A stretch of 64,000 bases of DNA from Harriotta raleighana (Eukaryota): NCBI GenBank assembly GCA_050575255.1, contig JBNZDD010013714.1, forward strand, positions 7,660,412 through 7,724,411, written 5' to 3'. The notes beneath the pieces are model-generated. The model saw nothing but the letters and a program-made list of their open reading frames with translations. It ran no database searches and was not told the DNA's origin. A program made the translations under genes and the position numbers. Position 1 is the stretch's first letter. The number at the start of each line of letters is the position of its first letter. Below are positions 26,475 to 38,702 of the stretch, one piece after another.

Positions 26475-26718
26475 TCAGGTCAGGGCGAAACCTTGGGCAA
26501 ATTTCCTTACTCCACGTGCCTAATAATAAACCCTAAAAAAAAAATCTATAATTAATTGGTCATTTCCATCCATGACTATTCGTGGGACACTGCTGTGCGC
26601 AATTGGCTGCTGCGTTTCATTCACATATATAGTCATTTCAATTTACAGTATATTCTGTGAAGCTCTTTGAGACGTCTAAAAGACGTGAAAAGCACTGTAT
26701 CAAATGCAAGGATTATTC
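26475..26718 (+). mobile_element. SINE2-1_CM-like, lacking the tRNA head
   Basis: CAGGGCGAAACCTTGGGCAAATTTCC...GTGGGACACTGCTGTGCGCAATTGGCTGC...ATCAAATGCAAGGATTATT. Confidence 0.9.
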
Positions 26719-27518
26719 TTAACATTTTAGGTAAATAATTTATTTCCAGTCAATGCATTGGCAGAATGTTGACTCAATGGCAGAATGTTGTTTTACTCAG
26801 CTCATATCTGAAACTAATAAATATAATGTAGCTTTAACCAGAACAGAACATGCTTATTGGTACCCCTTGCAACATGCTAGATTCAATTATTTAAAGTATA
26901 CCAATGATCATAGTGATAAATAAAAAGGAGGTGACAAAAGCCGCCTTCAGCCCCATATTTTACTTTAATATTTTGATTTATAGCGAAAGAAATCATTAAT
27001 GGAAATCTGTCTTCATTACAAATGCACTAGCTCCTTGCTGTAGCAGATAATAAGATACTGTGTCTTTGATACAACAAGCATTGTTTATTATGGCTTTTTT
27101 CTTTCATAGAGAAATATTGTGTGATCTGCCCCTTCCTTTATCTTGATTACTGTCTCCTAAGAGTAAAGCTATTGAAAAGCCCTGATGCAATTATTAGTTT
27201 TCTAAAATTTGGACAAATGCTGACACTGAAGTATATCGTGTTATATCACAAGCCCTTTTGGACAATTAGGAAATAAAGATGCATTGTGTCCATGTGAAAC
27301 CCCACCCCACCAATGGCATGTTTCCCTGCTTGCTGAAGATTACTTGTACAGTTGAATTACATATGTTGTATGATCACTTTAGTGGCCCGAGAGGTCTTGA
27401 CTCCCCCTTCTAGCTGTATACAAGGGAGGTAATTTGAGAAGCATCTGGTGGAACAGGATTATTACGCTACAAGTGTATGATTGTAGCATTAACAACCTAC
27501 ATTTATAGTAGTAGCTGC

Positions 27519-27590
27519 CCCTTGGGACGTTCTCCTGATGTGAAAGACGCTATACAAGTGTCATTTTGTTGTTGTTGTTGTTGTTGTTGT
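27519..27590 (+). mobile_element. L2-type 3' tail with (TTG)n repeat
   Basis: CTTGGGACGTTCTCCTGATGTGAAAGACGCTATACAAG followed by about 8 TTG units. Confidence 0.85.
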
Positions 27591-27644
27591 ATAGTGGCCT
27601 TCATGCGGGCAAGGAACTTGGAGAACTTCCAACAGCATCATCAG

Positions 27645-27766
27645 TCTTTGGAGATGACAATATAGAGAGGACCTCAAAAAGGTGTACAACATGTTCAGGG
27701 GGATTGAAAGAGTAAACCCAGATCAATACTTCAGGATGTACCAAGACAGCAGAACAGGAGAACATA
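27645..27766 (+). mobile_element. CR1 ORF2 C-terminal fragment
   Basis: Translates as EDLKKVYNMFRGIERVNPDQYFRMYQDSRTGEH, matching the CR1 RGDL...RTRGH region. Confidence 0.7.
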
Positions 27767-28380
27767 AGAATGTAAGAACATAAGAATTGGCTGTGTGAAA
27801 GAAGTCCATTGAGTTTGCCTTCCACCATCCTGGCAGTTGCATGGTTATCATTTCCCAAACTAAATGTTATACCCAAGATTTTATTTCCTAACAGAAATAT
27901 AAAGCAACATACAACAAGACAAAAAATGCTTTGGTTTAGTATTCTGCATGATCTACCACCTTTCCGATAACTGACTCCAGCTGTTGATTAACGTCTGTGT
28001 AAGAAAAATACTTCCTGCAGTTAATCTTAAATTGTGCTTTGTGGAGATCTGCAGCTCAGTGGTTAAAGCACTCGCCTTGCAAGTGAGAGACCTGGATTCA
28101 ATTCCAAGCAGGGTGAAACCTTGGGCAAATTTCCTCATTCCACACTCCTGCTAATAATGCCTCAACTAAAAATAAATTGGTCATTTCAATCCATGACTTT
28201 GTGGGACACTGCTGTGCGCAATTGTCTGCCATGTTTTGCCCACATATATGCAATCAATTTACGTTAAGGTATATTCTGTGAAGTGCTTTGAGATGTTTAG
28301 AAGACGTCTCGAAGAACTTCACTATATCAAATGCAAGGATTATTAGTACAGTAGTAATATTTATAACCTGTGCCCTCTTT
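27767..28380 (-). mobile_element. CR1 3' end, interrupted by the SINE at 28041-28346
   Basis: Reverse tail AAGAATGTAAGAACATAAGAA and a 3'UTR similar to 49130-49460. Sequence resumes after the SINE as TTATAACCTGTGCCCTC (reverse RGHRL). Confidence 0.7.
28041..28346 (+). mobile_element. Full-length SINE2-1_CM-like element with tRNA-Ala(TGC)-like head
   Basis: GCAGCTCAGTGGTTAAAGCACTCGCCTTGCAAGTGAGAGACCTGGATTCAATTCC (A box, TGC anticodon arm, B box), Deu core and ATCAAATGCAAGGATTATT tail. Confidence 0.92.
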
Positions 28381-31099
28381 CACTCTTTCAAATGCACAAG
28401 GCTTTAAACATAGTTGGTTTGCAAGGATTAAGTAGTAAAATATTCGGGATTGTAACTGAAATTGAATTGCGTGCTCAGGTAATTGCTAAACAAATATTTA
28501 ATCTTTAATTGATATACTGTAGTTCCCACAATTCCAGGATTCAATTTAATTCAATAAAGCATCTAAAATTTAAGTGGTTCCATGCCATTAGGAGAAATGC
28601 TTCTCTCTGCTGCAATATTATAACAGAATGTCATTAGGTCATAGTTTAGCAAGCAATAACAGAGTTGAAATAGTTTTATCGGATAACAAATATACGATTA
28701 ACAGTCACATTCAATTTTATAATTTAGTGAATGGAATTTAAAAGTTTGGAATTAAAGCACCTGATTGATTTTTTTATCCATAGAAAATACTTTGAATGAA
28801 TTAAACACAGCATTCCGTAATGTGCAAATATCTTCATCCAAAGTGCAAAAGGAAAAAAATAGCTCTTATGATAATTGATAAGCCTACAGGCTAGAGTATT
28901 AATCAAACATAATGCATTGATTTGTCCATTCCAAATCAATTGAGGTTATTACTATCAAGTTATATGCTAGCATAAATTTGTAATTAAAAACATACCACTG
29001 ATTGTTTTATCACAAAATCTGCCTAAGGATTTACCTTATAAATCTCTGGGTTATTGAAGTTAGAACATTTATGTTGGGTACTTTTTCTAGCACAATGGAT
29101 AACCGGTTCCTTTCCTCACTGAATGTCTATCCTTACATTATCAAGGCCAACAGAATAGTGATAAGTGTTATTATAAGTATTTTCAGCAAACACTGGCTTG
29201 CTTCATGTTCCCTGCTTGTTCCACCCACTATCAATGGCCAAGGTTTCAGCCATTCTAGTTCTCTGGAACTCCTTCTTGAGTCTCCCTCCCTTCAATTCGT
29301 TTTTTGATCATCTTTCTTCCCACTCTTCTCCTAAGCTTTCTCTCTCCTCCCCAAACTCCCAGGAAACAGAAGGAAATTTCTCCTTGTTTTCTTAGCCACC
29401 AATCTCCCTCAGTTACTACACTTTACAGAAAACTTTGTGAATTGCTTTGAGACAATTCAACATGATAATGAGTACTATATCAAAGGCAAGGCTAATTGTA
29501 ATATAAATTAGGGATTTTAATTGGAGACAAAATGGAGGTATTTTACTGGAAGAAAAATGGAATGGTTGTTAGAGTAGGTAGATCAGATCATTGGGAGAAG
29601 CTACAGCTAGCTGGACACAATGAACAGAATAGCCTACTGTCTTGTAAACACATTTCCTGACTATTTTGATGGGAGAACATTGAACAGGGAACCTGGCAAA
29701 ACTGCCTTGGTGCCTGCAACCTGGAAGACATTCCTCTCATATTTTATTCAGCTATGATTCAAAGAATTCCAAGACAATGTGCATATGAAAGGCAGTCAAG
29801 GATCACCCTCTTTCATTGCCATCCGCAAACCTTACAGCCAATGCTGGGGCTTAGCAACATAGTACAGTGTCAAGCTCTCTGTCAAAGCATTCCCAGGCCT
29901 GAACGTTCAAGATAAAGCTAAATATTCCGCAGGTGTTTACAGTTTGGACAGAGAGGCTGATGGGATTAGTCACTGGCTGCCTGAATGAGACTTGCATTGA
30001 GAGAATAATCAACTGAAATGCCACTGTTTATTAACGCAATAAGCTTCCTGGCTGTCAGAGATCCACATTGCACATCACCTGCGCAGTGTCAAAAGCAGAA
30101 GTATTGATTTGAATAAATTGCGGATAGAGTTTTGGAATTATAGTTCAATACAATTTAGAGGGGGACACATTCTTATGCAAACCTCAGAGGGAAAGTGAGT
30201 GCGGTAAAGTGCTTATAAAGATGTCAGTTTGTGATTTGCTTTTGATGAGCGTTTGTCTTTCTGATTCCTTCCATTTGGTATCAGCCCCTTTGGGAATAAT
30301 GGCAGTAACTAGAAATGGTTTGAAATGTGCTTTTTGCAGATTTAATGAGTTTGAATTTATGCTACAGAACAATGTGCAAAGAATGTGGTAATTAATAATC
30401 TCAGATTAAACAATTCCTGCTTCACAATCTTTTTCAAAGTCCTGAAAGGGGTGTAATGGAGGATAATGGGAGTTAAATTACTTACAGTTTATGATGGATC
30501 AATACACCCTCAGCAGATGTTTCATGGGTTTAAAGCTAGAGATTGACACAATGTGAGCAAGTGCAAGAGCAAGTTGTCAGTCTGCGAAAAACAGATCATA
30601 TTTCATTGCTTGCAAACCATCAATAAAAATGGCAGAGTTGTGCGGTTTCTGATCAGTGAGCCATGGTGCTTGATAAGAATTATAGCTTGCTGATAGCAAT
30701 GTGATTTCCCAACTATAATCACTAACAATTTCATTAAATCACTAACATCATAAATCCTGGCAGAATGCATGTCATATACTGTGAGGAATAGAATGAAATA
30801 AACTGAGGAGATTCCCTTGATTCAGATCTTAAGCACGTTAATTGAATATTTATTGTGACTATATATATATATATGTGTATGATTGACTCACACCAGAACC
30901 TTCAACTGTGTGAAAAGATTCTTTGTGGAGAGACAAATTACACTACTTTGTGTTTTTTATTTCAGGTTATATGATTTGAATGCAGTAAATTTCAATTGTT
31001 GCCAGCAGAATGGTGAATCATTGCTCTGTGTATTATCCCCTTTACAATTATGACTTGTTATGTGTTACATAAGGTTGAAGAAATAGTCTAGAGGTTAGG

Positions 31100-31215
31100 A
31101 TGATAATCATAATAATCCTTGCATTAATTGTGGTGATTAGATGTGAGGAGATTGTCTCAAAGTGCTTCATAGGATTTACTGGAAAAGTGTAATGACTGAG
31201 TATTTTGTAGGTGAG
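31100..31215 (-). mobile_element. SINE 3' tail
   Basis: ATAATAATCCTTGCATT...GTCTCAAAGTGCTTCATAGG. Confidence 0.7.
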
Positions 31216-31851
31216 CTAGAATCACTAACAATTTTGTTAAATCTGTGGGATCATAAATCCTGGCAGACTACATGCAATATGCCTACAAGGCATTATGTAA
31301 ATTGTGAGGGATAGTCTCTGAATGAATTGAGATGTTGTATCATGCAGTTACACCCTGCAATAGTTTCCTCCATCCAAACATTCCTGAGCATGTTTTGCTC
31401 TTAAAGTTCATATCTGCTTATTATAATTGCTAATGTTTTCTCATCACAAGTGATCGTTGAAATCACAGGTTCCACGTATTGCTTGGCTCGTGATGATAAG
31501 GTATTTGTGTAAAGAAACATTTTTTCCCCCAGATCTAGACAAGGATTTTGTTTGAAAATAATATGCAACTATATTAAAAAAGTGACAAATTTCACTGCAA
31601 TGGTCAGTGATTTAGAATGACCATGTATAATTTATATGTTTGTATTGTGTTGGTTACTTTCTTTCTGTTATAGAAACTAATGGCTACAAATTGCAATACC
31701 TGATGTGCCTAAAGAAGCCAGGCCTTTGGCTGAGATGCTGATCTCCTCAGAATCAGTCACAGAGATGAATCTGAAATTTGGCCAATGATTGGACTCGGAG
31801 TGTCAGTTTGCAGGGTATGGTCTGAAAAAAAGTTGTCAGCATGTATTATTT

Positions 31852-31960
31852 AATTTTGGTCAGCCATGTGTCTGACACAAGCAGAAACCCAGTACTGTGC
31901 TTAGGAGAATTGAAATCAAACCGAAAGTCTCATGTATGTCACCTACACATATGGAAAATT
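31852..31960. mobile_element. Unclassified old interspersed repeat, copy 2 of 3
   Basis: TTTTGGTCAGCCATGTGTCTGACACAAGCAGAAACC resembles 418-453. Confidence 0.6.
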
Positions 31961-32339
31961 CCACAGAGAAAAAATGCTTAATGCAAAGGCGTATTAGGTA
32001 CATGTTGGCAAGAGCCAAAACTTGGGGCCCACAGAATGTACACTAAAGTACTGTTGAAGTTTAACCAGCTAAAACTTGCAGATGTACGACACCCGTTTGA
32101 CCATAGTAATGCAACAGAAGCATTTTGGTATACTGTATTACATATATTATATTCAGTGGAAAACATCCACCGAAGAGTGGCAATGTGGATTCGGAGACGA
32201 TAATGTGATGCCTGGATGCAAAGAATGCTTCTCACAAAGAATTGAATTTCTAATCACTGAAGAAAGGAAAACCAAGAAGGGATGTGATCGAAAATGCTAC
32301 ACCAACAACAGTTGAGGACATTATAAAAGTTATTTAATT

Positions 32340-32600
32340 TAGACTGTGATTGTAGAAGCAGAGGGCACAAATTTAAAATGAATTTGCCTCAAGTCAGACT
32401 AGAGCTTACATAAAACAAATCCCTACAGAATAGTGGATATGGAGGATAGACAACCAGCAAAAGCAATTAATGCTATGCTGATTAATTACTTGATTAATTA
32501 CTAAGAGTGGGATAAATATGTATTTAAGATTGAGATTGAAGTTATACAGGGAGAGATAGACATAGATGATTGAATATTCTGGAGTATAATAGATGCCATA
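32340..32600 (+). mobile_element. Old CR1 3' fragment
   Basis: AGAAGCAGAGGGCACAAATTTAAA (RSRGHKFK) and CAGAATAGTGGATATGG, typical of the CR1 C-terminus. Confidence 0.55.
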
Positions 32601-32772
32601 CTGGTAGGACTATGCTCATATCACGTCTGAAATACAATTGATTTATATTATACATTGTGGATTGTAAAGATGCATTTATTCAGTTACCGTTGGGTGTGAT
32701 TAATATTTTTGGGATTTGTTCAGTTACCTTTGGGAATGAGGGAGAAATTTTACAAGCTTTGTTGTCTACTTT

Positions 32773-33030
32773 ATAATAATAACAATCTTTACATTTAATA
32801 TAATGCCTTATTATGTTGACACTTGTGAAAATGCATCAGAGCTTGTTTTTGATAAAGGTAGTGATGACTCTGAATTTATAGGCAAATGCAGCAGTTAATT
32901 CACACCTCACAATGCCTCACAAACAGCTATTATGTAAATGTGTAATTTCATATGGGGGAGTATTGGCCAGGATACCTCTTGAGCCTCTGTTCATCCCATT
33001 CAACAGTGAACATATTATTTGACTATCTTT
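32773..33030 (-). mobile_element. DeuSINE, degraded
   Basis: Reverse tail AATAACAATCTTACATTT, AATGCCTCACAAACAGC and TATTGGCCAGGATACC. Confidence 0.6.
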
Positions 33031-33214
33031 CTCCACACCAAAGAATCTTTGGGAATGTGGGGCTGAACTTTAGTGGTTGCATACACTTATGTGAGCAGGC
33101 AAAGTTTCTAGCTGTCCTGTCCTCTTGGCTTCACAACCACGGCTTTGGCACCTGCTCAGCTGCGAGAGTTGGGAATTCACTTCATATAGTAGTCAGCCAT
33201 AGGTGAAGAGTAAT

Positions 33215-33279
33215 TGTGTGTCTTGGGATGTCTTCCTGACTTGAAAGGCGCTATACAAATGTAAATTGTTATTGTTGTT
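33215..33279 (+). mobile_element. L2-type 3' tail
   Basis: TCTTGGGATGTCTTCCTGACTTGAAAGGCGCTATACAAATGTAAATTGTTATTGTTG. Confidence 0.8.
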
Positions 33280-34580
33280 TACTTCTGAACACTCATATTG
33301 GAAGTTAGACTCAAAACCAAGCAGTGAAACAAGCTCAAGATCATTTCCAAAGAATATTAGAGTTTATTGGTTATTAATTTGACAAATACCACATTGAAGT
33401 CAACAATATTGGCCTGGTCTCATAATCCCAAATATAATCTATATTTAACTTTGAGTAGGTATGAATAATTGAGAACCAGTACACAAAATTTCACACATGC
33501 CTAACTTCACGTATGCACAGTGACCTACTTTTCTCCGCAGGGAGGTGTTTATCTTTTGGTGGATATATTTAGAAGCTGGGAGATTACAATGAAATATTGC
33601 ATTCACAATTCACAACCACAATATGAGTCAGCAAGCAGAAAGAGTGGGATTCACATATTATTTTAGTGCCAGATGACATTATGAGTGGAAAGGATGCGGC
33701 AGATATATCTTAAACTCAATTACCTTCTATAAGGAGAATGCCCAGTTTTCTCTGAATTTACCTTGGCTTTATCAATAAGGAATATAAATCTCACAGATCA
33801 TTCTGCTTTCAAGAATTGAATCCTTTTGAGTTATGATTGGGTGGGCGTGGTAATATCAGGAACAGTTGATAGAGAAGCTGCTGACCTGATGGTAACAGAA
33901 TGAGGTGATTCAGTTGTGTAGGCTTTCCTCCTTCATGTGATAAACATGATTTCATTCTATATGTAATGATTAGGCTTTCATGTTTCTATGCTATTTGTAC
34001 AGTTGTCTTATTTGTTATTCTCCATGCGATTTCTGAGGTTTTCTTAGGGTATGTGTATTTTTATAGACACTGTTTTGATTTTTAAAGTTTTTGTTATTTA
34101 TATGTTTTTAGATTATTTTGCATGGAAAGTCAAAGGATATATTGTTTGTATGTGTCTTAATTGCAACCTGGGACACTTATCGAGGTGGCAGCAATTGCAG
34201 GAGATAGACCTACTTTTCTCCAGGATGGATGGGACGGAGGATGGATGGAAGGGAGGGAGCGAGTACTGAACAGACAATCCACCCAATCCTCACTTGAACT
34301 GAAATACCTTGTGGCTGTGCAGCATTGAAATATTTTGTCCTTCACTGTACTTTCACAACCTCAATTAATCAGACTAAAAAGTATGTCCAAACCAGTTAAA
34401 TAAACTGTATTTCACCAGCCACTAAATATGATAGACATTAGAGATTACACGCAACACAGATCGGTTGGTGATCTCAAAACACATCCATTTAAAAACTGCT
34501 TAACCAAAAAGGAATCACTGTTTATTAATATTATTAGGGATAATTCTATTCTATCTGGTTCTGGATTAACTCTATTTATG

Positions 34581-35518
34581 TAGGTAGGAGAATGAGCTCT
34601 GAGGATGATGCAAAAAGATTGCAACAAGGTATAGATAGGCTAGGGGAGTGGGCAAGTAGGTGGCAGGTGGAATTTAATGTTGGCAAGTGTGAAATTATTC
34701 ACCTAGGCAGCAAAAATAAAAGAATAGATTATTTTCTAGAGGGGGGAGAGATTAGATAGTGCTAGTATTCAAAGGGATTTGGGTGTCCTTATCCATCAGT
34801 CTCAAAAAGTTAGTTTGCAGGTGCAGCAAGCAACTAGGAAGGCGAATGTCATGCTAGCGTTCATTTCAAAAGGTTTGGAGTACAAGAGTAGGGAAATCTT
34901 GCTGCAACTGTGTAGGGCTTTGGTGATACCGCACCTAGAGTATTGTGTGCAGTTTTGGTCTCCTTATTTAAAAAAGGACATACTTGCCTTAGAGGGGATG
35001 CAGCGTAGATTCACTACGTTAGTTCCTGGGATGAGGGGACTGACCTATGAGGATAGGTTGAATAAACTAGGTCTGTATTCTCCACAGTACAGAAGAATTA
35101 GGGGGGGATCTTATTAAAACATATAAGATTCTTACAGGCCTGGATAAAGTAGACACTGAGGGACTGTTTCCCCTGGTAGGAAAATCTATAACCAGGGGTC
35201 ACAGTCTGAAAATTAAGGGTCAGCCTTTTAGAACAGAGTTGAGGAAACATTTTTTCACTCATTTTTTCATTCCAGTGAATTTATGGAATTCACTAACCCA
35301 GAAGGCTGTAGATGCTCAGTCCTTGAACATTTTCAAGGCTGAGACTGATAGAGTTTTTAAAAATAGAGGGTTTAGGGGATATGGGGATAGAGCAGGTAAT
35401 TAGAGTTGGGTCAGAAGATCAGCCATGATCTTATTGAATGGCAGGCTCGAAGGGCCGAATTTTTATTTTTTATTTATAATGGCCTACTCCTGCTCCTAAT
35501 TCTTATGTTCTTATGTTC
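34581..35518 (+). mobile_element. 5'-truncated CR1 LINE (ORF2 RT C-terminus plus 3'UTR), relatively young
   Basis: Reads LQQGIDRLGEWASRWQVEFNVGKC...RDLGVL...LVIPHLEYCVQFWSPYLKKDI...LEGMQRRFT..., with +1 frameshifts in G runs at ~34741 and ~35101. Ends CCTGCTCCTAATTCTTATGTTCTTATGTTC. Confidence 0.97.
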
Positions 35519-35898
35519 ATATGTAGCACTTTAGAAATATCGCCATAAATTTGTAGTCAGATGTCCGTGAGTTTATTTGAAGAACTGCAGAAAACCGACT
35601 TCAAAGTTAGAGTATATTTAACAATTTGCTAAATTCTGGTGACTTGCTGGAGCCATTTTCCTGAAACAGCAACACAACCAAAACAACTGATTGCATTTGT
35701 ACAGTGTTTTTCACATCAGGAAGACGTCCCAAGGCATTGGACAGTCAGAGATCTACATCTGAACTGGTATCTGGAATCAAGAAGGATAGAGGGTGGGGAG
35801 GGAAGGGGTTATTTGCAAACTATATGCAATTTTATTCAGGTGTTATAAAACATGTCTTTTAAGTCTCCATGGAGGCTTGCCAAATTATTCACAGCGCA

Positions 35899-35910
35899 CC
35901 AGGAGGTGGC
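35899..35910 (+). promoter_or_regulatory. CTCF core-like motif inside a CNE-like block
   Basis: CCAGGAGGTGGC fits CCASNAGRKGGC. Motif match only. Confidence 0.3.
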
Positions 35911-38173
35911 TTTTTAATTATCTCTTATTTTACAAGATCTTGATTAATTTCATAATGAAAGTGGTCTGTCTGCTCGATAATGCAAATTAATTAAGTAATG
36001 CCAGAGAAGCAACAGCGTGTGCTTTTCGGAAAGAACACTATAATGGAAACCAACAAGTTCATGACTTTGTCACATGCCTTTCTCAATATTGCATTCACTG
36101 ATACACTATAAATATTGGATAACTGCTACAAAGAAATGGAATTGCAAAGTCTAGATATTAATTCTTTTATTTCTTATCACGTTTAAGTGCATACTACAGT
36201 ATTAATAATACTGTACTCAACTTTGATATAGCACCTTTCACATTAGGAGGATGTCTTAAAGTGTTTTACAGCTAGTCCATGTCAGGGCTGAGTATAACTT
36301 TTTCCTGTAGTTGAAGGGATATGGGGAATATCCCAGTGTTATTCTCAGTTTTTGCTCAATATACCAAAGCATACTTACAGGAACGCTGTACATGTTTATA
36401 TCCATTGTAAGAGCGCAAGGGTGTTTATGACAATAAAAGACCAATAGCTCCAGCAAGTCCATCCATTTTGGTAGTATTCAGCCCCACAAACATGCCTTAG
36501 ATTGGTTATGCAAGATCCTGAATCCATACTACCCGTATTTTTAAATAAGTTCTGCTCTTCCTAGGATTTACCAAAACATTTCCTACAATTGATCATAGTT
36601 AATTTATTAATGTTAGGGTTATTGCTCTTCATCTTTCAAGGTTATATGTCTCTAATTGATGATAGCAAGGCTGCCTCTAGCCATTCTCAATCATGTCCAA
36701 AGATGGATTTAGATTCAATCCCGAAGTAAAGCACTTTTCTTTAGGAGAACTCTTTATCTTAAATATAGGCTAAAACCAGATATTGTATTACAAATTTGGA
36801 CACCTATCAAATGTTGTTTTTTTCATAAGAGCTGTTTACTCCATTCATCAATAACTATGGTTATTAACAAAAAATAAGGCTATGACCTTATTTTTTTTAA
36901 AAAATCCATTCTCTTTTGAGTTGTTAGCTCACAGTTGTGTTTTTTTTCCCTGGACATTGTTTTGAAACGTTGGGGTAGAAATTGTGATGCTCGATGTGTT
37001 AATTATCACACATCATATATGTTGCAATTTGAACTCTGTGCCCTGACCTAATATATAGTAAATGAATTCAATCGAAAAATAAGAATTCTGCCCATACCAT
37101 TACTAAAAAGTGATAGAGAATTGCTGCCCATGAAGTCAGTCACCTATTGAGAGGAAATATCAGGATCTCTCACTCCTACCGTCACCAGAATAAAGCGTTG
37201 AATTGGAGTACTGTAGAGTGAAAAATACGCATGCTTTGCATGTCATTGGAGTTTCTCTGGAGAAGCTCTGAGTTCACTTCGTCGGTGAAGAGAGGAAATA
37301 TTTTGAATGTTTAAAACGATAATTGGAAACAGCTGTCAGATATGAGGCTAGAATTGCTTAGTACGCCCATAGACCATGAAACAGAAGTATCTGATTGCTC
37401 CATCAGTGCTAGTGTATTCCAGGATGTTTCATGACTGTGAATGACAGAAGTCATAAGCATCACAGTGTGACAGAGTTCCCAGGCTCCCAGTCTTGTTAAT
37501 AGAGCAGAGCTGCCTTTATTCTACAAGTTCGCTTTCAGATACATACTGATATGTGAGTCGCAAATTGTTAAATGCTAAATATTGTAATACTGTACAAACA
37601 ATACCTTATTTTATTAATATGTGAAATGGAAAGAAACAGCCATTCAATAATATTAACAACATCCATTGTTGCCCTCTTCCTGTTCTTTAATACATAAATA
37701 AAATCAAAGCACAGGACAGAACATTTATTTTAATTACCAAGAAAATATTGAACTAGCTCAGAACTAGACATAGTTGCCTCAGTGTTGGAACAATGATGCT
37801 TAGCCAACATTGAAGTAATTCAGTATCAGAAAGTCAATTTCAGTAAATTATCATTGGTATTTTTGGATTTGTTATTCAGGAATTTTTTTTTTTTTTAAAA
37901 AGGAATATTTTAGTGGCTTTCATCCTCTTTGAGAATTGCCCAAATGTAGTTTAATTATACGGCACAAATTTCACAATGAACACTTAGTGTGAACTTTATT
38001 CTGACCTACAATCTCAACAGTGGAATCAGAAAGCCGATCTAAAAAGAAGTGATAGATTAATGCAGTATTTGGTTACTAAGCATGAAAATAAATTCACATG
38101 GTTTCAGGTAAAGTGGAAGAAAATGTTCTAAGCGTGAAGCTCTATTATCCAAAGTAATTTAAACAGCTGAATG

Positions 38174-38241
38174 TAATATAATATAATATCATATCATATC
38201 ATATCATATCATATATCATATCATACAATATAATATAATAT
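38174..38241. repeat. (ATATC)n/(ATATA)n pentanucleotide microsatellite
   Basis: Seen directly; it abuts the 5' end of the next CR1. Confidence 0.9.
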
Positions 38242-38702
38242 GAATGAGGAACTTTGGTTATGAGGAAAGGCTAGAGAGGCTAGGATTATTCTTATTGGAG
38301 CTGAGAAGAGTACGAGGAAATCTAATAGAGGTTTTCAAAATCAGGAGGGGAGTCGATAGGTTAAATAGGTAAAAACTGTTTCCACTGGTGGGCGTGACAA
38401 TAATTTGCGGTCACAGATTTAAAATAGCTTACAAAAGAAGCAGAGGGGAGGTGAGGAGAATTTTTTTCACTCAGCGAGTTGTTCAAATCTGGAATGCATT
38501 GCCTGAAAAGATAGTGAAGGGCGATTTGATAACAACTTTTAAAAGAGAGGTGGATGTTATTTAGGAAGGATGGGTTTACGAGTTCATGGGGAGAGAGCCT
38601 GGGAGTGGGATTGACTTTGAATAGCTCTTTTCAAGGAGCCGGCACAGACTCGATGGACTGAATGGTCTCCTTTAGTCCTGAAATATTCTATGATTCTATG
38701 AT
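38242..38702 (+). mobile_element. 5'-truncated CR1 3' end
   Basis: MRNFGYEERLERLGLFLLELRRVRGNLIEVFKI...FFTQRVVQIWNALPEKIV, ending in the TTCTATGATTCTATGA tail. Confidence 0.95.

Noticed and set aside
27089-27111. TATGGCTTTTT resembling the miR-135 5' end
   Set aside because: The 3' half diverges from miR-135 and I see no complementary arm.
28041-28110. tRNA-Ala(TGC)-like sequence, also at 50939 and 23385
   Set aside because: It continues into a SINE body and lacks a proper acceptor stem, so it is a SINE head rather than a tRNA gene.
34779-35117. 112-aa ORF
   Set aside because: CR1 ORF2 C-terminal fragment bounded by homopolymer frameshifts.
35461-35480. 20-nt T-rich insertion with an AAT duplication in the CR1 3'UTR
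   Set aside because: Ordinary small insertion with no sign of function.
36972-37093. Possible Harbinger-type MITE ends (GGGGTAGAAATT / GAATTCTGCCC), with a similar pair at 55488-55701
   Set aside because: The inverted repeats are too short and degenerate to call without a consensus.
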